Shown here: piece by piece, positions 9,001-16,284 of the stretch
Numbering within the stretch: position 1 is the stretch's first letter
Layout of the letters: every line of letters starts with the position of its first letter
NCBI GenBank assembly: GCA_030649345.1
Contig: JAUSKK010000016.1
Span: forward strand, 1 to 32,000
From: Candidatus Iainarchaeum sp.
GTDB lineage: Archaea > Iainarchaeota > Iainarchaeia > Iainarchaeales > 0-14-0-20-34-12
Length of the DNA: 32,000 nucleotides
Direction of reading: 5' to 3'
Translations under genes and position numbers: made by a program
The notes under the pieces: model-generated
The model's database searches: none
What the model saw: only the letters and a program-made list of their open reading frames with translations
Told to the model about the DNA's origin: nothing

Positions 9001-10892
9001 ATTATTTGGTTCAAGCTGAAACCAATATTGAAGGATCTCCCATTGTTTCGGAAAACAATTTTGGTGTCAGAGAATTTTTTGAATTTGATATTGTCCGCGA
9101 AATGCCTTTTACGATTGATCCCAGAAACGGGCCGTTTCATACCAAAATTACAATTACTCCCTTTATTGATAATTCAATTTCTTATCAAGTCAAAGAAGTT
9201 TTCTCTAAATCAATAACTCCTTCCAATACTTCTGCCAGTATTTCTTCTACAGATACTTTGCAGTATTTGGATTGGCCGAGTGTTTCTGGTCCGCAAACTT
9301 TTGAGTATGATTTTGATGCTCCTTTCTTTTGGCCGCGTTTGTTTGAATTTGGAAAAATTCAAATACAATATGATTCGAATAAAACTTTTACAGAAGAACG
9401 TGCTTTTGATTTAGCTATTGATCCTACTGTATCAACTACTTGGTATATTGTAGATACGACAGACACTCAACAAGGTGTAGACATTAATGAACCTAAACCT
9501 GACAGACATACTAATTTTGCAAGCAAAGGAACACCTGCTCCTTCTTTATTGGCTTTTGGTTTAGCTAAAGGAAATGCAGTAGCTTCTAATGGTGTAAGAA
9601 AAGTTACTGGAGCTACAGCGACTGGTGACTATAATGCTTTAGTGGTTACTTCTCCTCCTTTGCGTGGTCAATTTATTAGTGGAACTTGGACTATGGATAT
9701 CTGGGGGTTACAAAATAATGCTAGTGCTGATTTAACTCCGAATGCATATCTTCGGGTTTGGACAGCTGCCACGGATAGTGCAGGTGATGAAATTTGTGCC
9801 AAAACAGCTGATGGCGCTGAATGGGGTAATGCTTCATCTAATCGTACTTTAATGACTTGGACTTGTTCTGGCAATCCAGTAACCTTTGCGAATAAAGATA
9901 AACTTGTATTGGAAATTGTCAGTGCTGGTTTAAGCCCTGGTTCGTCTAGCTCGTATGCAGACATTAATTACGGTAATACTTCCAGTGATTCAAGGATAAC
10001 CAGTCCAGATACTTTACGTTTATATGCTGAATTAAAACAACCTGTTATTTCGATTCCTTCGGCTGACAACAATTCTGGAACTGTTACAGGCGTGAATATG
10101 CGTGTGCAGGCAACTGTTGGTTGTACCAGTGTTTATTATGGTGATTGTGGTGATGTCAATGCCAGAATTCAGTTTTGTCAAACTGAAGGTTGTACTAATT
10201 TTGCGGACATGAATTTTACAGACGGTGGTTTACGTATTGTGGCAGGAGATCAAATTGTATATGAGCAAGATTTGGTTTCGGGTGAAACTTCTTCTGCATT
10301 TGCTTGGGAAATTCAAGGCTTTACTGCAGCAACCTATGAATTGCGTTTGCGTACAGACGCTAATTTTACAGACACCAATACTTCTTCTGGAACAGATCGT
10401 ACAATTACAATTAGTGCTCCGGGTGGAGCAGACTTAACTTTTGCTTTAGCGTATCCTGCTTCAGGCTGCACGAACGGAAAAGGTCGTACTTCTGCTGGAA
10501 ATGGTGCTTGTGAAAAAGTTTATTTTGAAACCACTGATTTATCTGGAAATGCGGATGAAAATCAAGTAATTCCAGAGGGCGGTAATCCATTTTTTGTATA
10601 TGACAATCAAAGTACAAGCAGTTCAGATATTAATTTTACTTTAGACTTAAATGCTGCTTTGCCTTCCAGTTTATGGCTGAAAACTTCAACCATTTCTTCC
10701 GGTTATGCAGGTTCTTGCACCAGCAATCCAGACAACAATTGTGTTTCTATAACTACTGTGGCTCAAAATATTGGGAAAGCAATTTTTAGTACTGGTTCCC
10801 AAGATTTGAATGTATGGCTTTGGGCGGACTTTTTCCAGTCGAGTGTTCAAACCCAAGACCGAAATGCCACCAGTACTAGTGTGAGTTCGTAA
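6051..10892 (+). CDS. Giant (1613 aa) secreted multi-domain surface protein, adhesin- or S-layer-like
   Basis: Uninterrupted 4.8-kb ORF with a GTG start and signal peptide 'MFWLRLFFLVCLFQFFLSPVLA'. Two internal hydrophobic segments lie at about aa 106-152. An acidic S/E/P-rich linker spans about aa 216-330. Cys-pair modules and several Ig-like segments ('IQVNVKVFNAGSQTDVNLT', 'GVYKAEFLAAEIGNYLV') follow. The C-terminal third is rich in G, T, A and N. Confidence 0.85.
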   Translation: MFWLRLFFLVCLFQFFLSPVLAQTDSFSQTVPLTQYFVLDSNQSMLAMLPAVSQVSPLNSVQAIQFQVPIFVDSNTQFSKAVFSFSELPLNQKTPTALISLLPEQRSSLFFLILVLGLIIIVLFIKPGSKKKNLFAFFLIFCFLFSLNLTAQESVSELTLPLLKTDPELASVSNSDWSILLSNTQTTNFSFSFSNTIPSNSVIENLNLHFSARAEIQSVNNSAESASSEIVNAGENSNEIEDLTETIVETPSDSLTSSEEIVPSEETLVPVSDSVNEPALPAVESVDPVSEPVDSSNEPLTSSDANSPETILTSSSVSELQSNSNSVIFFADVDSEFISENLSAENVPLAFLSIDFWNGSAWVPVLDCQDLNIFSTIQDTVCDLSSVIPVLSSEPIVLGFRVTPLQENVTLFLTNTALKSLISSSNSGTAQITVYYKTTEGLQSLPDCVNLDFSFKTFSCDFSSFFKNSSGIQNLIFEIHTQQTSGSVQAGLNSAQLDFSYSSLNPNAVHLATLLSDRQPVLDFDSVLITGSEFTLDQNVFSVFSIVNPVLNSLQIKKSSLTAEPTQMSIQSLPVSIPAPEGIKWQNVFAVNFGDSNFSEAVFQIKDSNALIYFCSEFNFEKNICALDWIKLNTGKSVFIPSPGVLGFGIQDISFIHGFVCLNCDSKNSSAKDIQVNVKVFNAGSQTDVNLTSFFPVALEVIDSNQGLVLDHNSEFRKIVWQNLSFENSFTQSYVLRVSPKNSKKAFFFSMLSNLSSDYVQMNFSLSRKEKLVQKFEKKSMHEIRKDIQKEFKTIVKKHAFESDEAVLLPFKKSELDTVLSAQDFSEFTNSESTHFSEKRIGSKIVRAGFFGDTLLQPEIVVSDSDPNEFMLLAKPETNEFIPGEYKVWIAVEENNSVSYEEYSFSWGLITVNSFKPLYHPNEKVELYSVVLDSAGFPRSGAQIKFTVQTPSLVLNFSTVDGTIVETSVKGVYKAEFLAAEIGNYLVQAETNIEGSPIVSENNFGVREFFEFDIVREMPFTIDPRNGPFHTKITITPFIDNSISYQVKEVFSKSITPSNTSASISSTDTLQYLDWPSVSGPQTFEYDFDAPFFWPRLFEFGKIQIQYDSNKTFTEERAFDLAIDPTVSTTWYIVDTTDTQQGVDINEPKPDRHTNFASKGTPAPSLLAFGLAKGNAVASNGVRKVTGATATGDYNALVVTSPPLRGQFISGTWTMDIWGLQNNASADLTPNAYLRVWTAATDSAGDEICAKTADGAEWGNASSNRTLMTWTCSGNPVTFANKDKLVLEIVSAGLSPGSSSSYADINYGNTSSDSRITSPDTLRLYAELKQPVISIPSADNNSGTVTGVNMRVQATVGCTSVYYGDCGDVNARIQFCQTEGCTNFADMNFTDGGLRIVAGDQIVYEQDLVSGETSSAFAWEIQGFTAATYELRLRTDANFTDTNTSSGTDRTITISAPGGADLTFALAYPASGCTNGKGRTSAGNGACEKVYFETTDLSGNADENQVIPEGGNPFFVYDNQSTSSSDINFTLDLNAALPSSLWLKTSTISSGYAGSCTSNPDNNCVSITTVAQNIGKAIFSTGSQDLNVWLWADFFQSSVQTQDRNATSTSVSS

Positions 10893-10925
10893 CAAAAAAT
10901 AGTTTGTAACAAAAAATGCATTGCC

Positions 10926-11801
10926 ATGAATCGAAAGAAATTTTTTTTAGGACTAATTTTTTTTGAATTTTTTTTGCTTTTAATTTACTTTTTTTCCTTT
11001 TCTTCCATAAGTCCTGCGCTTTTACCGCCTGCTCCAATTTCTATTTCTTCCCATTCTTTTTTTTCTAAATCTTTAATCACACAGCGATTGGATTACAATT
11101 CAGGTTATTTTGTTTCATCTTCCATGAATCAATTTTTTCCTATCTCCAATGCTTTCAAAAATCTTCCAATTCCACCTAAAGATTTTTTTAAACACACACA
11201 ATTGTTTTCCAAAGAATATGGTTCAGCAGTAAATCTTCTGCCCAAATACTATCGTCAACCTGAATTTTTGCCTAATTTTTATGAAAACTTTTTTGTCCAT
11301 TATCAAACTTTTAATCCTACCCATTTTTTCATTCAAGGCCTAGGCGTTCTTCCATTTGAACAATTTATTTCATTAAAAAAAGGAGAACGCAAACGCATTG
11401 CTTTATTTTGGCACACTGCTTTTGGAGTGCAGTCCTTTCAAGGAATTCGTATTCAAACACAATTTCCAGAACAAAGTTTTACTCTTCAAAATTATTTATA
11501 TAATTCTCAAGACTCAGCAAAAGTTTCAAATTATTTCTCGATTGCTTTAACTCCATCCGAATTTTTACTGGGTCCAGCTTATCCTTTTTTTGACCCTGCT
11601 TGGAACCAAAAAGTAATTGCTGAAATTGAAGCCTTGCCGGATTCTTTGCCTGGCAATTATGTTGTGGCTTTTGAAATTACTTCTCCTTCCTTAGAAAATG
11701 AATCTATTTGGTCTAATCAAAAAACTAATTATGTTTCCGGCAGTGATTTAGCCCAATCTAATTTTCCGAGAGCCAGATTGAATATCCGCATAGAACCTTA
11801 A
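10926..11801 (+). CDS. N-terminally anchored extracytoplasmic protein (domain X), paralog of 4139-5080
   Basis: 291-aa ORF with N-terminal TM 'FFLGLIFFEFFLLLIYFFSF'. Shared motifs are 'YYRQPEFLPNF', 'FWHTAFGVQSFQGI', 'LLGPAYPFFDPAWNQK' and 'PGNYVVAFEI'. Confidence 0.75.
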   Translation: MNRKKFFLGLIFFEFFLLLIYFFSFSSISPALLPPAPISISSHSFFSKSLITQRLDYNSGYFVSSSMNQFFPISNAFKNLPIPPKDFFKHTQLFSKEYGSAVNLLPKYYRQPEFLPNFYENFFVHYQTFNPTHFFIQGLGVLPFEQFISLKKGERKRIALFWHTAFGVQSFQGIRIQTQFPEQSFTLQNYLYNSQDSAKVSNYFSIALTPSEFLLGPAYPFFDPAWNQKVIAEIEALPDSLPGNYVVAFEITSPSLENESIWSNQKTNYVSGSDLAQSNFPRARLNIRIEP

Positions 11802-11857
11802 GTTCGCAAATCTTAAGGGCACTTTGTTTTATTAGTTTGTTTGCTTATTTATAAAAT

Positions 11858-12238
11858 ATGATTCAAAAACGAAAAGTATCCAGCCGAGCACTTCGTGCAA
11901 CAAACAAACTGTCGGCTAAACGAAAAGGCAAGCTAAATCAACTTGATCGAAGAAAATTATTCAAAAAACGATTTCGCTGGTCAGTTACCAAAGCCTTGAA
12001 TTTAATGCAAATTCAAAACAAAGATTCCAGGGCGTTAATTCATTTAGCTGCACAAGATTTAGCTCATGATTTATTAAAAGGAAATCTCAGTTCTCCAAAA
12101 GCAGAATATGTAAGAACACTTTTTTCTACTCAGGCTGAAGCGAATCAATTTTTTAGGTATTTATCCAGATTTGCAGGAGTCATTCCCCATTTATTTAATT
12201 ATCCAATGCCTCGCAAAGTGACCTCTAGGCATCCTTAG
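11858..12238 (+). CDS. Small, highly basic hypothetical protein
   Basis: 126-aa ORF with a K/R-rich N-terminus. It has no competing ORF and sits in its own intergenic context. No family recognised. Confidence 0.5.
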   Translation: MIQKRKVSSRALRATNKLSAKRKGKLNQLDRRKLFKKRFRWSVTKALNLMQIQNKDSRALIHLAAQDLAHDLLKGNLSSPKAEYVRTLFSTQAEANQFFRYLSRFAGVIPHLFNYPMPRKVTSRHP

Positions 12239-12288
12239 TTTTTTTGCTTTAGAATAGTATAAATTCATTTGCCTTTATTTTATCCCTT

Positions 12289-13932
12289 ATGCCAGCTACA
12301 TTTGAATCTTTTACAGAACAAGAAAAACAAGTCTTGAAACCATACTTTACTAATTTAGATCAATCTATTTTTGTTTTGCAAAATTTGCCGGAAGTCGTCA
12401 AAGGAGCTTTATTTTCCAGATATTCTAGGTCTTCTAAATTATTGCGCAGACTGTTACTCGAAGAATTTTTGAATGTAAAAGAACTCGGCTTAACCGAACT
12501 GTTAAATCATCAAGCCAATACACAAGATCCTTTGGTGGCTGCCAAAAAAGCCGAAGAATTTTACGACCGAGTCTTGGTTGGCTTTGGAGATGACTCAGTT
12601 GCAGAATTGGCTGGCTGTCATATTGCCTGTGAACAAGTTTCCATGATTGCCACCAAAGCCTTAGAAGATTCACGGATTGGCTTGTGTCCTTTAGAGAAAA
12701 GTACACGGTATGTTTATTTTGATCAAAAAATAAATGGCCACTATCAGTATTTGTTAGAAAAAGATTTAATGAATTCAGAATTTGCAGACTTATACACTGA
12801 AACTTGTGATTCTTTGTTTGATGTGTATGCCAAAATTTTAGAACCTATGAAAAAATATTTTACAGACTTATATCCTAAAGATGCTGAAACTTCTGATCGT
12901 GCTTACACTTCTGCTGTGAAAGCCAAAACCTGTGATACTATTCGTGGTTTATTGCCAGCCAGTACTTTAACCAATTTAGGCTTGTATGGAAATGGCCGAG
13001 CGTTTGAATATTTATTGCAAAAAATGTATGCCAATCCTTTAAGTGAAATGCAGTCTTTGGCTTCAGAAATGCATTCCGAATTACGAAAGTATATTCCTTC
13101 GTTTGTCAAACGTGCCAATGATTCTTTAGGCCAAACCACCATTGATTTCTGGCAGCAATCTTGGGCTGTTCAAAAAAAATATGCCGAAAAACAATTCAAT
13201 CAAGTTCCTATGGAGTCAGTTCCTCAAGTTGAATTAATTGACTTTGATTCCAAAGCGGAAGAAAAAGTGTTGACTGCTTTATTGTATTCCAAAACTGGTT
13301 TGTCCTTAAAACAAATTCGAAAACATATTCAAAAACTTTCAGTTTCTGAAAAACAGCAAATTTTTCAAGAATATTTAAATCATCGAAAAAACCGCAGACA
13401 CAAGCCCGGAAGAGGATTTGAAACTGCGCAATATACTTTTGATATTCACGCCAACTTTAATGCTTTCCGTGACCTTCAAAGGCATAGAATGTTAACTCAA
13501 GAACGACAACTTCTTTCATGCAATTTAGGGCATATTACTCCCAAAGAATTATTCGATGCAGGCTTTGCTGAAGAGTATCAAAGTGTAATGAGTCAAGCCA
13601 AGGAATCGTTTGATGTTATTGCAAAAAAAATGCCAGCTCAAGCTCAATATATTGTTCCTATGGGGTATCATGTTCGCTGGTATATTTCTTTGAATGCCAG
13701 AGAAATGTATCATTTATGTGAACTGCGTTCAGTCCAGCAAGGTCATCCAGATTATCGCTATGTTGCGCAGCAAATGTTTTTGGAAGCTCAAAAAGTGCAT
13801 CCTTTGTTAATGAATGCCATGAAATTTGTAGACATGAAACAATATTCCTTTGAACGAATTGAAGCCGAAAAATATACCGATAAACGAATGGATGAAATTA
13901 AACAAAAGCATGGAATTGAATGGAAAGAATAG
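12289..13932 (+). CDS. thyX: Flavin-dependent thymidylate synthase ThyX, long (double-length) form
   Basis: 547-aa ORF with the ThyX signature region 'FRDLQRHRMLTQERQ' in the C-terminal half. The N-terminal half contains 'GALFSRYSRSS'. Canonical ThyX is roughly half this length. Confidence 0.85.
   Translation: MPATFESFTEQEKQVLKPYFTNLDQSIFVLQNLPEVVKGALFSRYSRSSKLLRRLLLEEFLNVKELGLTELLNHQANTQDPLVAAKKAEEFYDRVLVGFGDDSVAELAGCHIACEQVSMIATKALEDSRIGLCPLEKSTRYVYFDQKINGHYQYLLEKDLMNSEFADLYTETCDSLFDVYAKILEPMKKYFTDLYPKDAETSDRAYTSAVKAKTCDTIRGLLPASTLTNLGLYGNGRAFEYLLQKMYANPLSEMQSLASEMHSELRKYIPSFVKRANDSLGQTTIDFWQQSWAVQKKYAEKQFNQVPMESVPQVELIDFDSKAEEKVLTALLYSKTGLSLKQIRKHIQKLSVSEKQQIFQEYLNHRKNRRHKPGRGFETAQYTFDIHANFNAFRDLQRHRMLTQERQLLSCNLGHITPKELFDAGFAEEYQSVMSQAKESFDVIAKKMPAQAQYIVPMGYHVRWYISLNAREMYHLCELRSVQQGHPDYRYVAQQMFLEAQKVHPLLMNAMKFVDMKQYSFERIEAEKYTDKRMDEIKQKHGIEWKE
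13895..13928. repeat. Left copy of a 34-bp perfect direct repeat (thyX 3' end)
   Basis: 'AAATTAAACAAAAGCATGGAATTGAATGGAAAGA' is identical to 14477-14510. It encodes the ThyX C-terminus ..IKQKHGIEWKE. Confidence 0.95.
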
Positions 13933-13983
13933 GTTACTTTCAATATGTGGGCGCAGATTTATTAAAAAGAATCAAACACTGTT

Positions 13984-14382
13984 ATGTGTATGATGAAATT
14001 TCTTTCTGTCGAAAAAATAATTGAATTAAACCTACTGGCGCTTAATTTAATTGCTGTTAAAAAAGCAGATCAAGCTAAAGTTTTAAGCAAAAGTAAGATT
14101 GCTGAAATCGTTGAAAGTTGCAAAACCTTAAATGGAGATGTCTATGATCATGCTGTTTTTTTACTTAAGCAAATTGTACAAAAGCATGCGTTTGCAAGTG
14201 GAAATCGCCGTACTGCTTTTTTGGTTATGAAATATTTTTTGGTTTTAAATAAACAAAAGCTTAGAATTTCAGACAATCCTGAAAATGCACGAGTCATGCA
14301 GGGAATTCGGGAAAATTATTATTCAGACAATGAATTGAAGGAGTGGATTAAAAATGGAAAAATTAGAAACTTCCAGCGATAA
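13984..14382 (+). CDS. doc: Fic/Doc (death-on-curing) family toxin
   Basis: 132-aa ORF with the Fic/Doc core motif 'HAFASGNRRTAF' (HxFx[D/A/S]GN[K/R]R). Its size and the position of the motif are typical of Doc-like toxins. Confidence 0.8.
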   Translation: MCMMKFLSVEKIIELNLLALNLIAVKKADQAKVLSKSKIAEIVESCKTLNGDVYDHAVFLLKQIVQKHAFASGNRRTAFLVMKYFLVLNKQKLRISDNPENARVMQGIRENYYSDNELKEWIKNGKIRNFQR

Positions 14383-14476
14383 ACTAAAATATGAAATTGT
14401 TTTAGAAGAACTTGCAGAATTTAAAAAATTGGTTCAAGGGCATAAAAAATTACTTATTGCAATAGGTGAACTTTAA
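14354..14476 (+). CDS. Possible 40-aa helical ORF overlapping the doc 3' end (candidate cognate partner or antitoxin)
   Basis: Hand translation gives 'MEKLETSSDKLKYEIVLEELAEFKKLVQGHKKLLIAIGEL*'. It overlaps doc by 29 nt and ends exactly at the right direct repeat. It is too short for the ORF track and no homology was recognised. Confidence 0.25.
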   Translation: MEKLETSSDKLKYEIVLEELAEFKKLVQGHKKLLIAIGEL

Positions 14477-14510
14477 AAATTAAACAAAAGCATGGAATTG
14501 AATGGAAAGA
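14477..14510. repeat. Right copy of the 34-bp perfect direct repeat
   Basis: Identical to 13895-13928. It still reads K-I-K-Q-K-H-G-I-E-W-K-E-stop in frame and lies just upstream of the ATG at 14518. Confidence 0.95.
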
Positions 14511-14517
14511 GTAATTT

Positions 14518-14784
14518 ATGCCGGAATCTTTAGAACAACGTGTGACTCGAATTGAAGAAAGAAATTCAAAAGTAGAAACTGACAAAAGCTGGGAGACTAG
14601 CTGGTTTCGCAGAATTTTAATTGCAGTAGTTACCTATATTTTGATTGCTTGGCTGTTTCTAACTCTTCAAGTTCCCAATTCTTTTGAAAATGCCTTAATT
14701 GGAACGATTGCTTTTTTGATTTCTACTCTTTCCCTTCCTTTTATTAAACAGTTCTGGATTCAACACTTTTACAAGAAAAAATAA
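14518..14784 (+). CDS. Small membrane protein (charged N-terminal helix plus 2 TM segments)
   Basis: 88-aa ORF with hydrophobic segments 'ILIAVVTYILIAWLFLTL' and 'LIGTIAFLISTLSLPFI'. Confidence 0.55.
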   Translation: MPESLEQRVTRIEERNSKVETDKSWETSWFRRILIAVVTYILIAWLFLTLQVPNSFENALIGTIAFLISTLSLPFIKQFWIQHFYKKK

Positions 14785-14793
14785 CGGATTTGT

Positions 14794-15045
14794 ATGCTGG
14801 AATATGTTGGAATTGCCGGATTGCTTTTGTTGTTGTTGGCTTGGATTCCGGAAACTTTGGAAGTCATTCGTTTGCGTAAAACAGAAATGGAAATCAAGTT
14901 TATTTTAATTTATACTTTAGGTTCTGTGTTTTTAGCTGTTCATTCTTTTTTGTTGAAAGACTCCATTTTTTTGATTTTAAATGTATTAATTGTTTTCAGT
15001 ACTTTGATTAATGCCTATTATTTTTTTCGAATTCCTAAAAAATAG
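14794..15045 (+). CDS. Small 3-TM membrane protein (possibly PQ-loop/SemiSWEET-like)
   Basis: 83-aa ORF with three hydrophobic helices. The family assignment rests only on size and topology. Confidence 0.5.
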   Translation: MLEYVGIAGLLLLLLAWIPETLEVIRLRKTEMEIKFILIYTLGSVFLAVHSFLLKDSIFLILNVLIVFSTLINAYYFFRIPKK

Positions 15046-15189
15046 TTATATGTGAGGTATTTCTTTTTGTTTTAGTTTAGGCGGAATTTCTTTTACATCC
15101 ACTTCTGTAAAACTATGACCGCAGCAAATCTTGGCTCCTTTCGGAGAATGGTATAGGTCTCCGCAAAGCGTACATTTATAGGCTTTCAT
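15046..15189 (-). CDS. 47-aa zinc-ribbon-like small protein (not in the ORF track)
   Basis: Hand translation gives 'MKAYKCTLCGDLYHSPKGAKICCGHSFTEVDVKEIPPKLKQKEIPHI*', with CxxC ... CCxH ligands. A GGAG lies 5-6 nt upstream of the ATG. It fills an otherwise empty 204-nt gap. Confidence 0.45.
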   Translation of the reverse strand: MKAYKCTLCGDLYHSPKGAKICCGHSFTEVDVKEIPPKLKQKEIPHI

Positions 15190-15249
15190 TTTTGCTCCAT
15201 TAAATCTTTACGTATACCTGTTTTCCATGTTTTTAATGTTTTCGATCCC

Positions 15250-16284
15250 TTGATTCATATGCTTTCTCCTATTCCGTTTTCTTTTGAATCCAAATTTGAC
15301 TCCATTTTAAAGACCCATTTAGTTTCAAAAATTTCAGAGTCTCTTTCAGCATATGAAAATCCTTCTTTTTTAGCAGGTTTTATTTGGCCGAAAGATTTTT
15401 CAAAAGAACAAATTTTGGATTTAAAAGCAAATTTTCAGCAAAATTTAACCAGCGAACTTTCAAAAGCACTGCATTCAATTCCAGACTTTCAAAATCCAGT
15501 AACTTCCATTTACATTGATTTTACTTTAAATCAAATTACGTTTCACATCCAACCTGTCTACATTTTTGGACATTATAAAAAATTTTCTCGTACAATTACA
15601 CAGACCTTTCCGTATTGTTTTCATTGCAAAGGACAATCCTGTCGTTTGTGCAATTTTACCGGCCGAGAACCCTGTGAAAGCGTGCAAGAAATCATTGCAG
15701 AACCAGCTCAAAACTTATTTCAATCGAATGATAATAAATTTCATGGAGCCGGAAGAGAAGACCAAGATGTCCGCATGCTGGGCAATGGCAGAGCTTTTGT
15801 TTTAGAATTAATCGATCCCCAAAAACGTTCCATGGATTTATCTAAATTGGAACAAGAAATAAATTCGAAAAATCAAAACAAAGTTGAAGTTATTCGCTTG
15901 CAGTATTGTTTGAAAGCAAAAATTGCTGAAATCAAAGAAGCCAAATTCAGCAAAATTTATTTAGCGGAAGTTACAGGCGTAAAACCTTTTGTAAAAGAAA
16001 AATTGCTGAGTTTAAAAAATCAAACTTTTGAATTAAACCAAGCTACACCGCAAAGAGTACAGTATCGTAGAGCTGAATTGATTCGCAAAAAAAGAATTAA
16101 AGTTTTAGACATTGTGCCTAAAACAGACTGTGTATTTGAAATCAAACTGGAAGCTGAAGCTGGAGCGTATATTAAAGAATTTATTTCCTCAGATCAAAAT
16201 AGAACCAAACCCAGTTTAGCTGAATTATTAAACAATGTATGCGACTGTACTGCATTGGATGTTCTAGAAATTATCGAAAATTAG
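15250..16284 (+). CDS. pus10: tRNA pseudouridine(54/55) synthase Pus10
   Basis: 344-aa ORF with zinc knuckles 'CFHCKGQSCRLCNFTG' and the catalytic region 'GAGREDQDVRMLGNGRAFVLEL', both typical of Pus10 (archaea and eukaryotes). The track start is a TTG; the ATG at 15259 is an alternative start. Confidence 0.85.
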   Translation: MIHMLSPIPFSFESKFDSILKTHLVSKISESLSAYENPSFLAGFIWPKDFSKEQILDLKANFQQNLTSELSKALHSIPDFQNPVTSIYIDFTLNQITFHIQPVYIFGHYKKFSRTITQTFPYCFHCKGQSCRLCNFTGREPCESVQEIIAEPAQNLFQSNDNKFHGAGREDQDVRMLGNGRAFVLELIDPQKRSMDLSKLEQEINSKNQNKVEVIRLQYCLKAKIAEIKEAKFSKIYLAEVTGVKPFVKEKLLSLKNQTFELNQATPQRVQYRRAELIRKKRIKVLDIVPKTDCVFEIKLEAEAGAYIKEFISSDQNRTKPSLAELLNNVCDCTALDVLEIIEN

